64,000 bases of DNA from Armatimonadota bacterium (GTDB lineage Bacteria; Armatimonadota; SYMT01), in the NCBI GenBank assembly GCA_046292385.1, contig JBKBRF010000005.1, positions 135,744 to 199,743 of the forward strand, in the 5' to 3' direction. The notes under the pieces were generated by a model. That model searched no databases and had not been told where the DNA came from. It was given only the letters and a program-made list of their open reading frames with translations. Position 1 is the stretch's first letter, and every line of letters starts with the position of its first letter. The translations under genes and the position numbers were made by a program. Shown one piece after another: positions 19,948 to 29,602 of this stretch.

Positions 19948-20344
19948 GTGCGCCGTCCTTTCCGCTGCCATAGTACCACAGGCGCCGGCTTGCACCTAAT
20001 TGTTTGTGGTAATTGCTTATTAACGCTCGCTTATCAATCGATAGGGAGTTATCGGAGCTGTTAATGATTGACGCGGGCGCCCGGGGAATGTGGGCGCAAT
20101 GCCGGTGGCGACAATTGGGGGGTCTTTGAGCTCGAAGCGCTCGAGCGCGGGGTTGGGTTCCGGACTAGTATACCGAACGTGAAAAAAAGCGCAACCCCAA
20201 TCGGGCTCCGTCCGCGGCAGTCACTGCGGCCCGTTTACCCACCCTCTCACTACTCTAACCCTCAAATCCTGAGCAGTATACGCAGCGGGGGCCACAAGGC
20301 TGACCCCCGCTGCCTAAGAGTTATCTGAACGGTGTCCTGCCGGC

Positions 20345-21844
20345 TCAGCCCGGCGCCTGCTCCCCGGAAAGGGCGGCAAGCAGCGCCTGCAGCAGCCGCC
20401 ACGTCTCTTCCACCGTGCGAATCTGCACCCGCTCTTCCGGGGTGTGCGCCCCCTCGATCCGGGGGCCGAAGGAGATGGCGTCGAGGCCCGGCAGCCGGGA
20501 GGCGATCACGCCGCACTCCAGGCCGGCGTGGATCACCTGCACCGCGGCGGGGCGTCCGAACACCTGCTGGTAGACCGACGCGGTGGTGTGCAGCAGCGGC
20601 GAGCCGGGGTTCGGCTCCCAGCCGCCGTAGCCTTCCCGCAGCTCCACCTCCGCGCCGGCCTCCCGCCCGCGCTGCACGATCTCCGCCTGCAGGCGATCCA
20701 GCTCGGCGTCGACGAACGAGCGGCTGCTGGTTCCGATCTCCAGGATCCCCGTGTGGGTGCGGACCATCGCGAGATTCGAAGAGGTCTCCACCTTCCCCTC
20801 GAAGGCCTGGCTCCAGGTGAGCGGGCCGTGCGGGAGGTCGCGCAGGAGGTCGATCGCCCGCACCGTGTCGGCGGCACTGAACGGCTCGGCCGGCTCGGCC
20901 GCGTCCCGCAGCTCCAGCGCGAAGCCCGGCTCGTCGTCTCCCCATTCCGCGGAGATCTCGTCCCGCGCCGCCGCCACCGCCGATTCCAGTGCCGCAAGCT
21001 GCTCCCGCGGCAGCGCCAGCGTGGCCGCGGCATCCCGCGGAATCGCGTTGTGCGCGTTGCCGCCGTGCAGGCGGTCGAGCCGGAAGTCGATTCCCGCCTC
21101 CCGGACGCGCTCCAGCGCCCGGACGAGCAGCTTGTTGGAGTTGGCGAGCCGCTCGTGGATCTGCACGCCGCTGTGACCGCCTTTCAGACCGGAGACCACC
21201 AGCTCCCGCCCGATCCATCCCGCCGGAACGGGCTCGCGGTCGACCGGCAGCCGCAGCACGGCGCCGCTTCCGCCCGCGCAGCCGACCGTCAGCTCGCGCG
21301 GGTCTTCGCTATCGAGGTTGATGAGCAGCCGGGCGCGCACCAGCTCCGGATCGAGGTGGGCCGCGCCGTGCAGACCGGTCTCCTCCTCCACCGTGAAGAT
21401 CAGGTCGAGCGGCCCGCGCTCCACCGTGGGATCGGTCAGCGCCGCCAGCCCCGCCGCCGCGCCGATGCCGTTGTCCGCGCCGAGGGTCGTCCCGGTGGCG
21501 TAGACCCACTCCCCCTCCACGCGGGGGCGGATCGGGTCGGACAGGAAGTCGTGCGTCACGTCCGGCCGCGCCTCGCAGACCATGTCGAGGTGCGCCTGGA
21601 TCGCCACCGCGGGCGCTCCCTCCCGGCCCGGCGTGGCCGGCGCCTGGATCACCACGTTGCCGCGGGCATCCCGCAGCACAGTGGCTCCGGCCGCCTCCCC
21701 CACCGAGGCGACGTAGTCGCACGCACTGCCCTCGCGGCCGGAAGGACGGGGAATGGCGTTGAGCGCGGCGAACTGCCGCCACAACTCGCGCGGCTCTAGC
21801 TGGGCGTAGACTTGGATCGGGTCGAGGGCAGAGTTCTGGGACAT
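20345..21844 (-). CDS. pepD: Aminoacyl-histidine dipeptidase (M20C)
   Basis: IQAHLDMV, TTLGADNGIG, TVEEETGL, NLDSE, GGHSG, IHAGLECG. Confidence 0.93.
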   Translation of the reverse strand: MSQNSALDPIQVYAQLEPRELWRQFAALNAIPRPSGREGSACDYVASVGEAAGATVLRDARGNVVIQAPATPGREGAPAVAIQAHLDMVCEARPDVTHDFLSDPIRPRVEGEWVYATGTTLGADNGIGAAAGLAALTDPTVERGPLDLIFTVEEETGLHGAAHLDPELVRARLLINLDSEDPRELTVGCAGGSGAVLRLPVDREPVPAGWIGRELVVSGLKGGHSGVQIHERLANSNKLLVRALERVREAGIDFRLDRLHGGNAHNAIPRDAAATLALPREQLAALESAVAAARDEISAEWGDDEPGFALELRDAAEPAEPFSAADTVRAIDLLRDLPHGPLTWSQAFEGKVETSSNLAMVRTHTGILEIGTSSRSFVDAELDRLQAEIVQRGREAGAEVELREGYGGWEPNPGSPLLHTTASVYQQVFGRPAAVQVIHAGLECGVIASRLPGLDAISFGPRIEGAHTPEERVQIRTVEETWRLLQALLAALSGEQAPG

Positions 21845-21920
21845 CGGGGCCTCTCCGAGAGAGCTGAAACTTCCTCGGCACGTTGCCCTGACCAGGACTA
21901 CTTTCCTGCGGCTAATGGAA

Positions 21921-23858
21921 CTAACGCGAGTTCGTTGGGGTGAAGCCCAGCACGTCCGGGAAGCCGTCGCGGTTGCGGTCGCGGAGGTACTCCAGCTCGG
22001 AGCCGTAGGCGCGGTCCACGTTCGCCAGCGCCTGGCTGACGATCCGCCGGCCGTCCGGGGCGAAGCCCGGGCCTTCGATCCGGCCGGGGACGTTGAAGAG
22101 CCACTCCGGGTTGAACCGCTCCACGCCGGTGTCCCGGCCCGCGACGCGGAAGTGCCGCTCGATGCGTCCGTCCCCGTTCAGGTCGGTCGGCAGGTCGTCG
22201 GTGCCGTAGAGGACCAGGCTGCGGAGGAAGGCGAGCAGGTCGCCCCGCTCGCTGGAGGAGAGACGCCGGTACCTCCGGCGGGTCTCGGCCGCTTCACCCC
22301 CGTGCCGCTCGATCGCCTCCTCCAGCGTGAGGGCGCCGCCGTCATGGCCGTAAGGAGCCGTGGTGCCGACGCCCCAGAGCGGAGTCGTGCGGAAGTGGGT
22401 CAGGGTGCTCCCGTCGAACTGGAGCTGCCGGCACTCCGGTCCGAGGTCGTGGTAGCGGAAGTCGCTGTAGATCCCGCGGATGGTGAAGGCGCCGCGCCTC
22501 CGCCGCCACACACCGTCTCTCCGCTGGGCCAGCAAGCGGACCCGTCCCTGCAGCCGGCCCTCGCGGCCCGGCGCGACCTCCAGGTCGAAGAAGCGCCGGT
22601 CGCCCAGGAAGCGCCGGGTGTAATCTGCAGCCTTTGGCGCGGCGGCTTCGAGCTTCCAGTCCGGCGTATGGCAGGAGCCGCACCCGATGCGGGAGAAGAG
22701 GCGCTCGCCGCGGGCGACCTCCGGCGTGCGGGCGGCGCGGGCGGGCGCCGGGTGGTTCAGCAGGTACCACTCCGCCAGGTCGAGGTCGCCCTCGCTGATC
22801 TCCTCCACGTGCCCGTCCCGGTCCGGGTCGTCCAGGCTCACCCCTCCGGCGCCGCGCCGCTGCCCCCGGTCCCGCGAGGCGCCGCTCACGTACTGCGGCA
22901 TCCCCGCCAGCGAGGTCCTCGCCAGGCCGTCGCCGTTCGGCTCGGCAAGACAGGTCGGATCGTAGGCCTGCAGGCCGGAGTGGATGTCCCACGGCTGGGC
23001 GGTAAAGATCCGCAGGGTGCCCGCGATCGGAACCCGGGCGCGGTGGCCGAACCCGAACGGCTGGAGCTCCAGCGTGTAGGCGGCCACTCCCGGCGCCTTT
23101 AGGCTCCGCGCCCAGGGAATGCGCTTGCCGCTCGCGTCGAGGTAGACGATGTGGACGGCGGGATCGAGGTCCGGCCGACCGTTCCCGTCGACGTCGCCGA
23201 ACCGGCCGAAGTCGATGGCGTGCCGGCCGGGTGCCCCCTCCGGCAGGTTGTAGACCCGCGCGCGGCGCCCAAAGCTCTCCCGCGCGTCGATCCGGCCGTC
23301 CCGGTTCCGGTCCCCGAGAGCGAGCAGCTTGAGCCGGAGGTCCCAGCCGAGCATCTCGATCAGTCCGGCGCCGTAGAGGTGCGGCGTGTTCCGGCCCGTC
23401 CCGCCGTTCTTGGCAATCGTCGCGCCGTGTCCGGCGTCCCGGTACGGGATGTTGTGGCAGGTGCCGCAAGAAGAGGCGTGGCCCAGCTGCTGCTGGCGCG
23501 TGACGCCGTCGTCCAGGACGGGGCCGCCGTGCTGGCCGCTCTCGCCGAAGACGCCGTCCCACGCCGCGAACTCTCGCAGGAACAGCTCCCGCCCCCGCTG
23601 GTAGCCAAGCCACGGATCGACGTAGAGCAGGTACGCGGTGGTGCCCGGCTTACGCGGGTCCCGGGAGTGGACCGCCCGTACGCGCGCGGTCTTGATCGAG
23701 CGGCCCGAGACGTCGCGCGGCACCGCCGCCGGATCGTCACCCAGCCCGCCGGGCCGCTCCGTCCGGTATTCCAGCCGGGGCAGGTCGCCGGAGACGCCCA
23801 CCGCCACCGCCAGCGGTGCCGCGAGCGCGCCGAGAGCCGCCATCAAGATACGCCGCAT
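21921..23858 (-). CDS. Secreted di-heme oxidoreductase family protein with multiple DxDxDG motifs
   Basis: SCGTCH and GCGSCH, RNTPHLYGAGLIE, YSDFRYHDLG, FRTTPLWGVGTTAPYGHDG. Confidence 0.85.
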   Translation of the reverse strand: MRRILMAALGALAAPLAVAVGVSGDLPRLEYRTERPGGLGDDPAAVPRDVSGRSIKTARVRAVHSRDPRKPGTTAYLLYVDPWLGYQRGRELFLREFAAWDGVFGESGQHGGPVLDDGVTRQQQLGHASSCGTCHNIPYRDAGHGATIAKNGGTGRNTPHLYGAGLIEMLGWDLRLKLLALGDRNRDGRIDARESFGRRARVYNLPEGAPGRHAIDFGRFGDVDGNGRPDLDPAVHIVYLDASGKRIPWARSLKAPGVAAYTLELQPFGFGHRARVPIAGTLRIFTAQPWDIHSGLQAYDPTCLAEPNGDGLARTSLAGMPQYVSGASRDRGQRRGAGGVSLDDPDRDGHVEEISEGDLDLAEWYLLNHPAPARAARTPEVARGERLFSRIGCGSCHTPDWKLEAAAPKAADYTRRFLGDRRFFDLEVAPGREGRLQGRVRLLAQRRDGVWRRRRGAFTIRGIYSDFRYHDLGPECRQLQFDGSTLTHFRTTPLWGVGTTAPYGHDGGALTLEEAIERHGGEAAETRRRYRRLSSSERGDLLAFLRSLVLYGTDDLPTDLNGDGRIERHFRVAGRDTGVERFNPEWLFNVPGRIEGPGFAPDGRRIVSQALANVDRAYGSELEYLRDRNRDGFPDVLGFTPTNSR

Positions 23859-23876
23859 CGGGAGGCCTCCACGCGA

Positions 23877-25058
23877 TCAAGGGGGCGAGGTCGGCAGGAT
23901 GTAGACGTACTCCATCTCATCCGGCTTCCCGGCCAGGGTGGCGCGGACGAAGTGGAGGTCGTCGTCCATCTCGCCGCGGCGGAATTCCTTGCGCAGCTTG
24001 GTGACCCACTGGCCCTGCTTCAGGTGGCCTCGAAGGAGCCGGAGCTGTCTTACGGCTTCCGGATCGGCCTCGCGGTCGAACTTCACGGTGCCGTCGAGCA
24101 TCCCGAGGTCGGCGGCGTTCAGCTTCCGCGCCCACTCCAGGCGGGTCGGGGTCCAGCCCGGCTCTCCCCGCTGCCCCTCCTGCGCCTGGCGCTGGAGCCG
24201 GTCGAGCTGCGGCTCGACGACCGCGGACCATGCCTTCTCCTGCGGCGTCAGCTTCTCCGGTACCGCGAAGGAGAGCGCTTGGTGCCACATCGGCGCCCAG
24301 CTTAGCTGGTAGCTCCAGGCGCCGGGGAGGTCGACCTTGTACGGCGCCTGCACGTAGAGCAGCGCCTCGGTCTTGTCTTTGACGGAGATCTGGGTGATCC
24401 GCAGCGGGTAGACGAACCGCTCGCTCGCGAAGGTGAAGCGGGTCGGCGTCACTTCGCCGCTGTAGGTGCCGTCCGCCCGGCGCTTCTGCTGCATCGGGTC
24501 GATCTTCATCACGGTGAAGAACCACTTCTTCCCGATGTAGTGCTGAAGCGTCGCCTCGTCCCCGGCATAGGAGTACCGGTTCTCCTTCAGCCAGGCGAAC
24601 AGGTCGGCGGCGTCCTCCGCGCGGACGATCTTGTAGTCGAGCGAGCCGACCACCCCCTCCTCCAGCACCACCACGGAGCGCTTGGCTGCTGGCGCGCTCG
24701 CGCCGCCGAAAGCACCCCTGGCGCGGAAGAGGACGGGCTTGTACTTGTCGAGCGGCATCGGCCGCAGGATGGTAAAGACGGCGAGCTCCTTGAAGAAGTC
24801 CCGCGGCATCTCGTACAGGCGGGGGCGCGAAGGCGTGGGGATCACCATGCCGAAGTCGCGGGCGTTCCCTTCAAACTTCGGCTGCACGGTGAAGCTCTCC
24901 ACCTGCTCCTGCGGGTCCCAGGTGAGGAATGCCTTCTGGGCCGGCTGGTTTACGTCCTGGCCCAGCGCGGAGAAGTAACAGCACGCACCCAGCGCGGCGG
25001 AGTGAGATCCTACGGCAGCGATCGCGGCCAACGCCGCGGAGACGAGTAGGCGTCGCAT
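23877..25058 (-). CDS. Secreted DUF2330-like protein
   Basis: Signal peptide then ACC; FEGNARDFGMVIPTPS, VGSLDYKIV, LFAWLKENRY, YPLRIT. Confidence 0.75.
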   Translation of the reverse strand: MRRLLVSAALAAIAAVGSHSAALGACCYFSALGQDVNQPAQKAFLTWDPQEQVESFTVQPKFEGNARDFGMVIPTPSRPRLYEMPRDFFKELAVFTILRPMPLDKYKPVLFRARGAFGGASAPAAKRSVVVLEEGVVGSLDYKIVRAEDAADLFAWLKENRYSYAGDEATLQHYIGKKWFFTVMKIDPMQQKRRADGTYSGEVTPTRFTFASERFVYPLRITQISVKDKTEALLYVQAPYKVDLPGAWSYQLSWAPMWHQALSFAVPEKLTPQEKAWSAVVEPQLDRLQRQAQEGQRGEPGWTPTRLEWARKLNAADLGMLDGTVKFDREADPEAVRQLRLLRGHLKQGQWVTKLRKEFRRGEMDDDLHFVRATLAGKPDEMEYVYILPTSPP

Positions 25059-25149
25059 CGGCACCTCCGGATGGCCTTATAACGGCCGTTCGGAGATCAG
25101 ACTCGGCGCCATCTGACAGGGTTACAGGCGGAAGACTTTTCCGGACCGG

Positions 25150-26004
25150 TCAATCCTGCTGCTCGTCGAGCGGCCGGGACGGGTCCAGGCCCGAGGCCGA
25201 GTAGTAGCGGCGCATCTCCGCGGCCACGCCGTCCAGGTCCGGGAAGAGGCGGCGCTCGTCGACCCCGCAGAGGTCGAGCTGGTCACGCACCCGCTCCACC
25301 GCGGAGTACGGGATCTGGATGCGCGTGAGGCAGCGAGAGAGCCCGGCCTCGGCCAGGAGCTCGTCGATCGCGCGGGTGCGGTCGGTGGGGAAGGTGAACG
25401 TAGACGCCTGTGACGTGATCCGCCCGTCCAGCGCCGGCGGCTCCAGCAAGGCGATCAGCGGCTCCTCGAGGCGCGCCTGGTCCGTGACAAGCTGCCAGAG
25501 GGAGGTGATCCCCCGCTTCTCCAGCACGGCATCGAGCTCGTGGACCATCAACGCCAGCGGCGGCAGGCCGTAGTAGTCGTGCATGGCGCCCCAATCGAGG
25601 CGCCAGATCACCCGGTCCGACGGCCGGCCCTCGTTCACTGTCGCGAAGTGCGCCGCCACCAGCGGGCTGTGGGTCCAGTCGAGGAGCCGGGTCGGCAGCC
25701 CGTGGTGCTGCGCCACGATCAGCACCTCCCAGTCGTTCACCGGCGCGACGGAAAGGTGAGGACGGGAGTACCGGATGAAATTGCGCAGCAGGTGCTCTTC
25801 CAGGTGGACCTTCGAGTGCGGCTCCCGGTCCGGCACCCCCACGCGCGCCAGGCTGGTGAGCAGCGAGTAGCCGGTATCCGGAACGCCGCGGTAGACCGCT
25901 CGCTCGCGCAGGCGGCCGCTGGCCGGGTCGGGCCGGCTGGGCGTGACCACCTGGATCAGCTCGGACAGGTCCTGGATGACGATCTCGCGGATCGGGTCTG
26001 GCAT
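25150..26004 (-). CDS. FRG domain protein
   Basis: VYRG, AQHHGLPTRLLDWTHSPLVAAHFA, RITSQASTF, LFPDLDG. Confidence 0.9.
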   Translation of the reverse strand: MPDPIREIVIQDLSELIQVVTPSRPDPASGRLRERAVYRGVPDTGYSLLTSLARVGVPDREPHSKVHLEEHLLRNFIRYSRPHLSVAPVNDWEVLIVAQHHGLPTRLLDWTHSPLVAAHFATVNEGRPSDRVIWRLDWGAMHDYYGLPPLALMVHELDAVLEKRGITSLWQLVTDQARLEEPLIALLEPPALDGRITSQASTFTFPTDRTRAIDELLAEAGLSRCLTRIQIPYSAVERVRDQLDLCGVDERRLFPDLDGVAAEMRRYYSASGLDPSRPLDEQQD

Positions 26005-26087
26005 GGATCGGCGCGCCCCTCGCAGCCGTTCGTTCCCGTCCGCTGACCGCCGCGAAACCCGGCGCTCCCTCCCGCTCGGCCGCCCGC

Positions 26088-27038
26088 TCAGGCCTGCAGG
26101 TAGGGTGCCAGCAGCCGCGCGAATTCCCTCCGGGCCCCGGGGAGGTCGCCCGCCTCCACGCAGAAGCCGAGCCGTGCTGGGCGTCCCACGCCGAGCGCAT
26201 CCGCGAGCCCGCGCAGGCCCCGCCCCGCCGGCGTGACCAGCAGCTCTCCGACCAGATGGGGCGGACGGAGGAAGAGGACCAGCTCGATGCCGCCGACCGG
26301 CGAGCGTGGCCAGCCGCCGGGAGAGAGGCGCGCTACTCCGCCCACCAGGCCCTTTTCCGGTAGCGGCCGGTGCGGATAGCGCTCCTGGTCTTTCAATACC
26401 TCCACCAGCGCGGCGTCCAGCGGCGCAACCGGCCGGCCGACCTTGTCATCGAGCGTGGTGCGATAGCCCCAGCCCCGGACCTCCATCCGGGCCACTTCTT
26501 CCAGCACAGCCGCCACCCGGGTGAAGAGCGGCGGCGGCGCGAGTGTGATCATGCGACGGCTCTGCGCGGCGCAGCCGGGCACCCACACGTCGAGCTGCGC
26601 GCGCCACATGCTCTCGAACGGTCGCCCCCAGGGAGCAGTGAGGGCGAATTCCCACCGCCGCACCTCCCCGGGCTGCAGCACCGCCTGGTACTCCAGCACC
26701 TGCTCCGCGTGGGTAATCTGGAACTCCGACGCCGCAGCCCCCAGCAGCCCCCCGGCTCCAACGGAGGGCGCCACCATCCCGCTTACCAGCCCGACCGACG
26801 CACCGAAGGCGAGGCCGTTTGCGAGCGGGCCCAGGTCCCTCGGGAGCTGTGAATCTTCGATCAGCGAGACCCGCACCGAGTCGATCGCCTGCGGCTGTGC
26901 CCCGCCGCGCAGCACCACCCGGCCGATCAGCGGCTCCCCCCACCCGAGCCGCAGCGAGTGAAGCGTGAGCCGGCCGGTGACCTGCCCCGCCCGCAGCGAG
27001 GCGTTGGGGTTTTGCCAGAACAGCAGTCGATCGAGCAT
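26088..27038 (-). CDS. Hypothetical protein, N-terminal Spo0M/arrestin-like region possible
   Basis: GRVVLRGGAQPQAIDSVRVSL and LQPGEVRRWEFALTAP resemble Spo0M-like beta-sandwich sequences. Confidence 0.45.
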   Translation of the reverse strand: MLDRLLFWQNPNASLRAGQVTGRLTLHSLRLGWGEPLIGRVVLRGGAQPQAIDSVRVSLIEDSQLPRDLGPLANGLAFGASVGLVSGMVAPSVGAGGLLGAAASEFQITHAEQVLEYQAVLQPGEVRRWEFALTAPWGRPFESMWRAQLDVWVPGCAAQSRRMITLAPPPLFTRVAAVLEEVARMEVRGWGYRTTLDDKVGRPVAPLDAALVEVLKDQERYPHRPLPEKGLVGGVARLSPGGWPRSPVGGIELVLFLRPPHLVGELLVTPAGRGLRGLADALGVGRPARLGFCVEAGDLPGARREFARLLAPYLQA

Positions 27039-27111
27039 CGGGGTTGCGAGTCTCCGGTGAGTAGTCCATCTTCCGGAACGGTCGCAGCTCGATCTGGTTA
27101 CGAGCGAGCGA

Positions 27112-27657
27112 TCAGAGCGGCAGATCGTCGATCTCCAGCAGAGAGTGATCGTGGAGCATGCGGTTGCGGGCGCTGGAATAACGCCAGTGCTCCGGAAGCT
27201 CCACATAGCCCTTGCGCACCGGATTCGCCTCCACGTAGGTGATCTTCTGGCGCAGCCACTCTTCGCTTGTGATGAGCACTGGATGGAAGCCTTCCTGCCA
27301 GACCCGCGCCCGAGCCGTGCTGAGTCCCTGAGATGAGGTGGGAGAAAGCAGGCGGAGCAGTGATTCCTGCCCGTCCTCCCGCAGCAGCTGCAGTATCTGC
27401 GACGACGTATGGCGCTTCAGATCGCGAATGATACCTGCCAGCGCTCCCGGAACCTCGGGATGCGCAACCAGATGGAAATGGTTCGTCATCACCACGTAGC
27501 CATAGATCCGCAGTCCCTTGTGCCGGCGGCAGTAGGCAAACGCATCGATCAGCACCTCGAAGTACCGTGGAGAGGTAAAGACGTGCGCCCAGGCGAGGGT
27601 GGTGGAGGTGATGAAGTAGGGGGCGTCTTCATCGGCGTAGACACGAAAGCCGCTCAT
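27112..27657 (-). mobile_element. REP-associated tyrosine transposase (RAYT, Y1 HUH family)
   Basis: YFITSTT, YVVMTNHFHLV (HUH), WQEGFH, YVEANPVRKG, WRYSSA; GGAGG RBS. Confidence 0.9.
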
Positions 27658-27680
27658 CGCACCTCCCGAGGCTCCTCCGA

Positions 27681-27978
27681 CCGGAATTGACTTCCGGCGG
27701 AATTGACGTAAGAACCGGATCGCCCGGCGTTGACTCTCGGCGGAACCAATTTGCGCCGTTGACTGCGCAGCGCAGCCGGAGCGGGCAGTCAACTGCCCAT
27801 GTTCGACACTCCGGGAGTCAACTCCCGGAGATCCATGGACAGAGCTCATCAACAAGGATCGCCGGGAGTTGACTCCCGGCGGAACCAATCCGCCCAGTTC
27901 ACTGGGCACCACAGCGGCAGCCGGAGCGGGCAGTCAACTGCCCGCGTTCGACACTCCGGGAGTCAATTCCCGGAGATC
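27681..27978. repeat. REP palindrome array (two REPIN-like units) upstream of RAYT
   Basis: GATC-GCCGGGAGTTGACTCCCGGC and inverse TCCGGGAGTCAACTCCCGGA-GATC; units 27718-27833 and 27857-27978 with inner GGGCAGTCAACTGCCC palindromes. Confidence 0.9.
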
Positions 27979-27982
27979 AAAT

Positions 27983-29122
27983 CTATCGCTCCATCCACTC
28001 CCCCAGCCGCCGCAGTCCCTCCTCGATCCGCGGCAGGGCCGAGGCGAAGCTGAAGCGCAGGTGGCCTTCCGCGCGGCTGCCGAAGTCGATGCCGGGCGTC
28101 ACCCCCACGTGCGCTTCTTCGAGGATGCGGTGCGCCAGCGCGAGCGAGTCCGGGTGCAGATGGCGGGCGTCGGCCAGGGCGTAGTAAGCGCCGAGAGGGG
28201 TGGCGGGCACGCGCAGGCCGAGGCTCTCCAGCCCCTGCAGCAGGACCTCGCGGCGGCGGGTGTAGTGCGCCAGCATCTCGCGGGCGTCCGGCTCCGCCTC
28301 GCGGAGCGCGGCGAGCGCGGCGTGCTGCGCCACGCTGCCGGCGCAGATGAAGAGGTTCTGCTGTAGACGCTGCAGCGGCGCGACGCTCTCCGGCGGGGCG
28401 ACCAGCCAGCCGATCCGCCAGCCGGTCATCGCGTAGCGCTTGCTGAAGCCGTCGAGCACGAAGCAGCGGTCGGTCACCTCCAGCATGCTGGGTGCGCGCG
28501 TGCCGTACTCCAGCCCGTGGTAGATCTCGTCGCTGATCACCGGCACGCCGAGCTCCGCCAGCTCTGCCAGCGTCTCCCGGCTCTGCACTGCAGCCGTCGG
28601 ATTGGCGGGGCTGTTGACCAGCAGCGCCCGGGTCTGGCGAGTAAGCCGCCGCCGGACCTCCGCCGCGTCGCAGCGGTAGCCGCAGGCGGGGTCGAGCGGG
28701 AAGTAGCGAGGCTGGCCGTGGAAGGCGCGGACGAAGTTGGGGTAGCAGGCGTAGCCGGGGTCCGGGAGCAGCACCTCGTCCCCCGGATCGAGGAGGAGCG
28801 CCATCAGCAGCGCCAGGCCGCCGGAGGTGCCGCTCGTCACCAGGATCCGCTCCGGCTCCACCTCGACCCCATAGCGGCCCCGGTAGTAGCGAGAGATCTC
28901 CGCCCGCAGCTCCCAGAGTCCCAGGCTGTGGGTGTAATGGGTCTCCCCTCTCCGCAGCGCCTCGCTCGCGGCGCGCTCCACGCAGGCGGGGGTATTGAAG
29001 TCCGGCTCCCCGACTTCTAGGTGGACGATGTCCGCGCCGGCGCGCTCCAGCTCCTGGGCGCGCTCCAGGATCTCCATCGCGAAAAAGGGCGTAACGTCCC
29101 GGGCCGAGTGAGAGAGGTACAT
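27983..29122 (-). CDS. PLP-dependent aminotransferase class I/II
   Basis: VGEPDF, NSPANPT, SDEIYH, GFSKRYAMTGWRIGW. Confidence 0.95.
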   Translation of the reverse strand: MYLSHSARDVTPFFAMEILERAQELERAGADIVHLEVGEPDFNTPACVERAASEALRRGETHYTHSLGLWELRAEISRYYRGRYGVEVEPERILVTSGTSGGLALLMALLLDPGDEVLLPDPGYACYPNFVRAFHGQPRYFPLDPACGYRCDAAEVRRRLTRQTRALLVNSPANPTAAVQSRETLAELAELGVPVISDEIYHGLEYGTRAPSMLEVTDRCFVLDGFSKRYAMTGWRIGWLVAPPESVAPLQRLQQNLFICAGSVAQHAALAALREAEPDAREMLAHYTRRREVLLQGLESLGLRVPATPLGAYYALADARHLHPDSLALAHRILEEAHVGVTPGIDFGSRAEGHLRFSFASALPRIEEGLRRLGEWMER

Positions 29123-29220
29123 GGGTCTGAAGTATCGCGTCCGGAGACGGACTGCCAGAAACGACGAGGGAGCGGGGCGCGTGCCCCACTCCCCTTGAAG
29201 TTCTCGATCGCGAGCGCCGG

Positions 29221-29589
29221 TTACTTCTTGAGCGCGTAGTCCGCCAGCGCGGTGACGCTCACGCCCGGGACGCGGTCGATGTGCTGGACCACGTTCTCGG
29301 ACTGCACCGGCACCAGGATCTTGATGCGGGCCACGTCCTTGTAATCGGTCTCGAGCTGCGCCACCGCCTTCACGCGGTCGACGTCGCTCTTCTTACCCGC
29401 TACCTGCGCCGCCCCGATGTTGAGGCTGGAGCCGACGGTGATGATCGGCACGATCTTCTTGTCGAGGTTCGGGTAGTAGTCGCGGCTGCCGTACTGCGCC
29501 TGCGCCGGCTGGACCGCGCCGGAGATCAGCGCGGCGCCCAGGCCGAGGGCGAGGGCCGCCGCTGCTCCCATGGAAATGAGTCGCTTCAT
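29221..29589 (-). CDS. Small secreted hypothetical protein (paralog of 29603-30052)
   Basis: Signal peptide (AQA); KIVPIITVGSSLNIGAAQVAG. Confidence 0.75.
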   Translation of the reverse strand: MKRLISMGAAAALALGLGAALISGAVQPAQAQYGSRDYYPNLDKKIVPIITVGSSLNIGAAQVAGKKSDVDRVKAVAQLETDYKDVARIKILVPVQSENVVQHIDRVPGVSVTALADYALKK

Positions 29590-29602
29590 CGGGTCCTCCT
29601 CC

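Noticed and set aside
27681..27978. CRISPR array
   Set aside because: Repeats alternate in orientation, the intervening sequences are themselves repeated, no cas genes are present, and a RAYT is adjacent.
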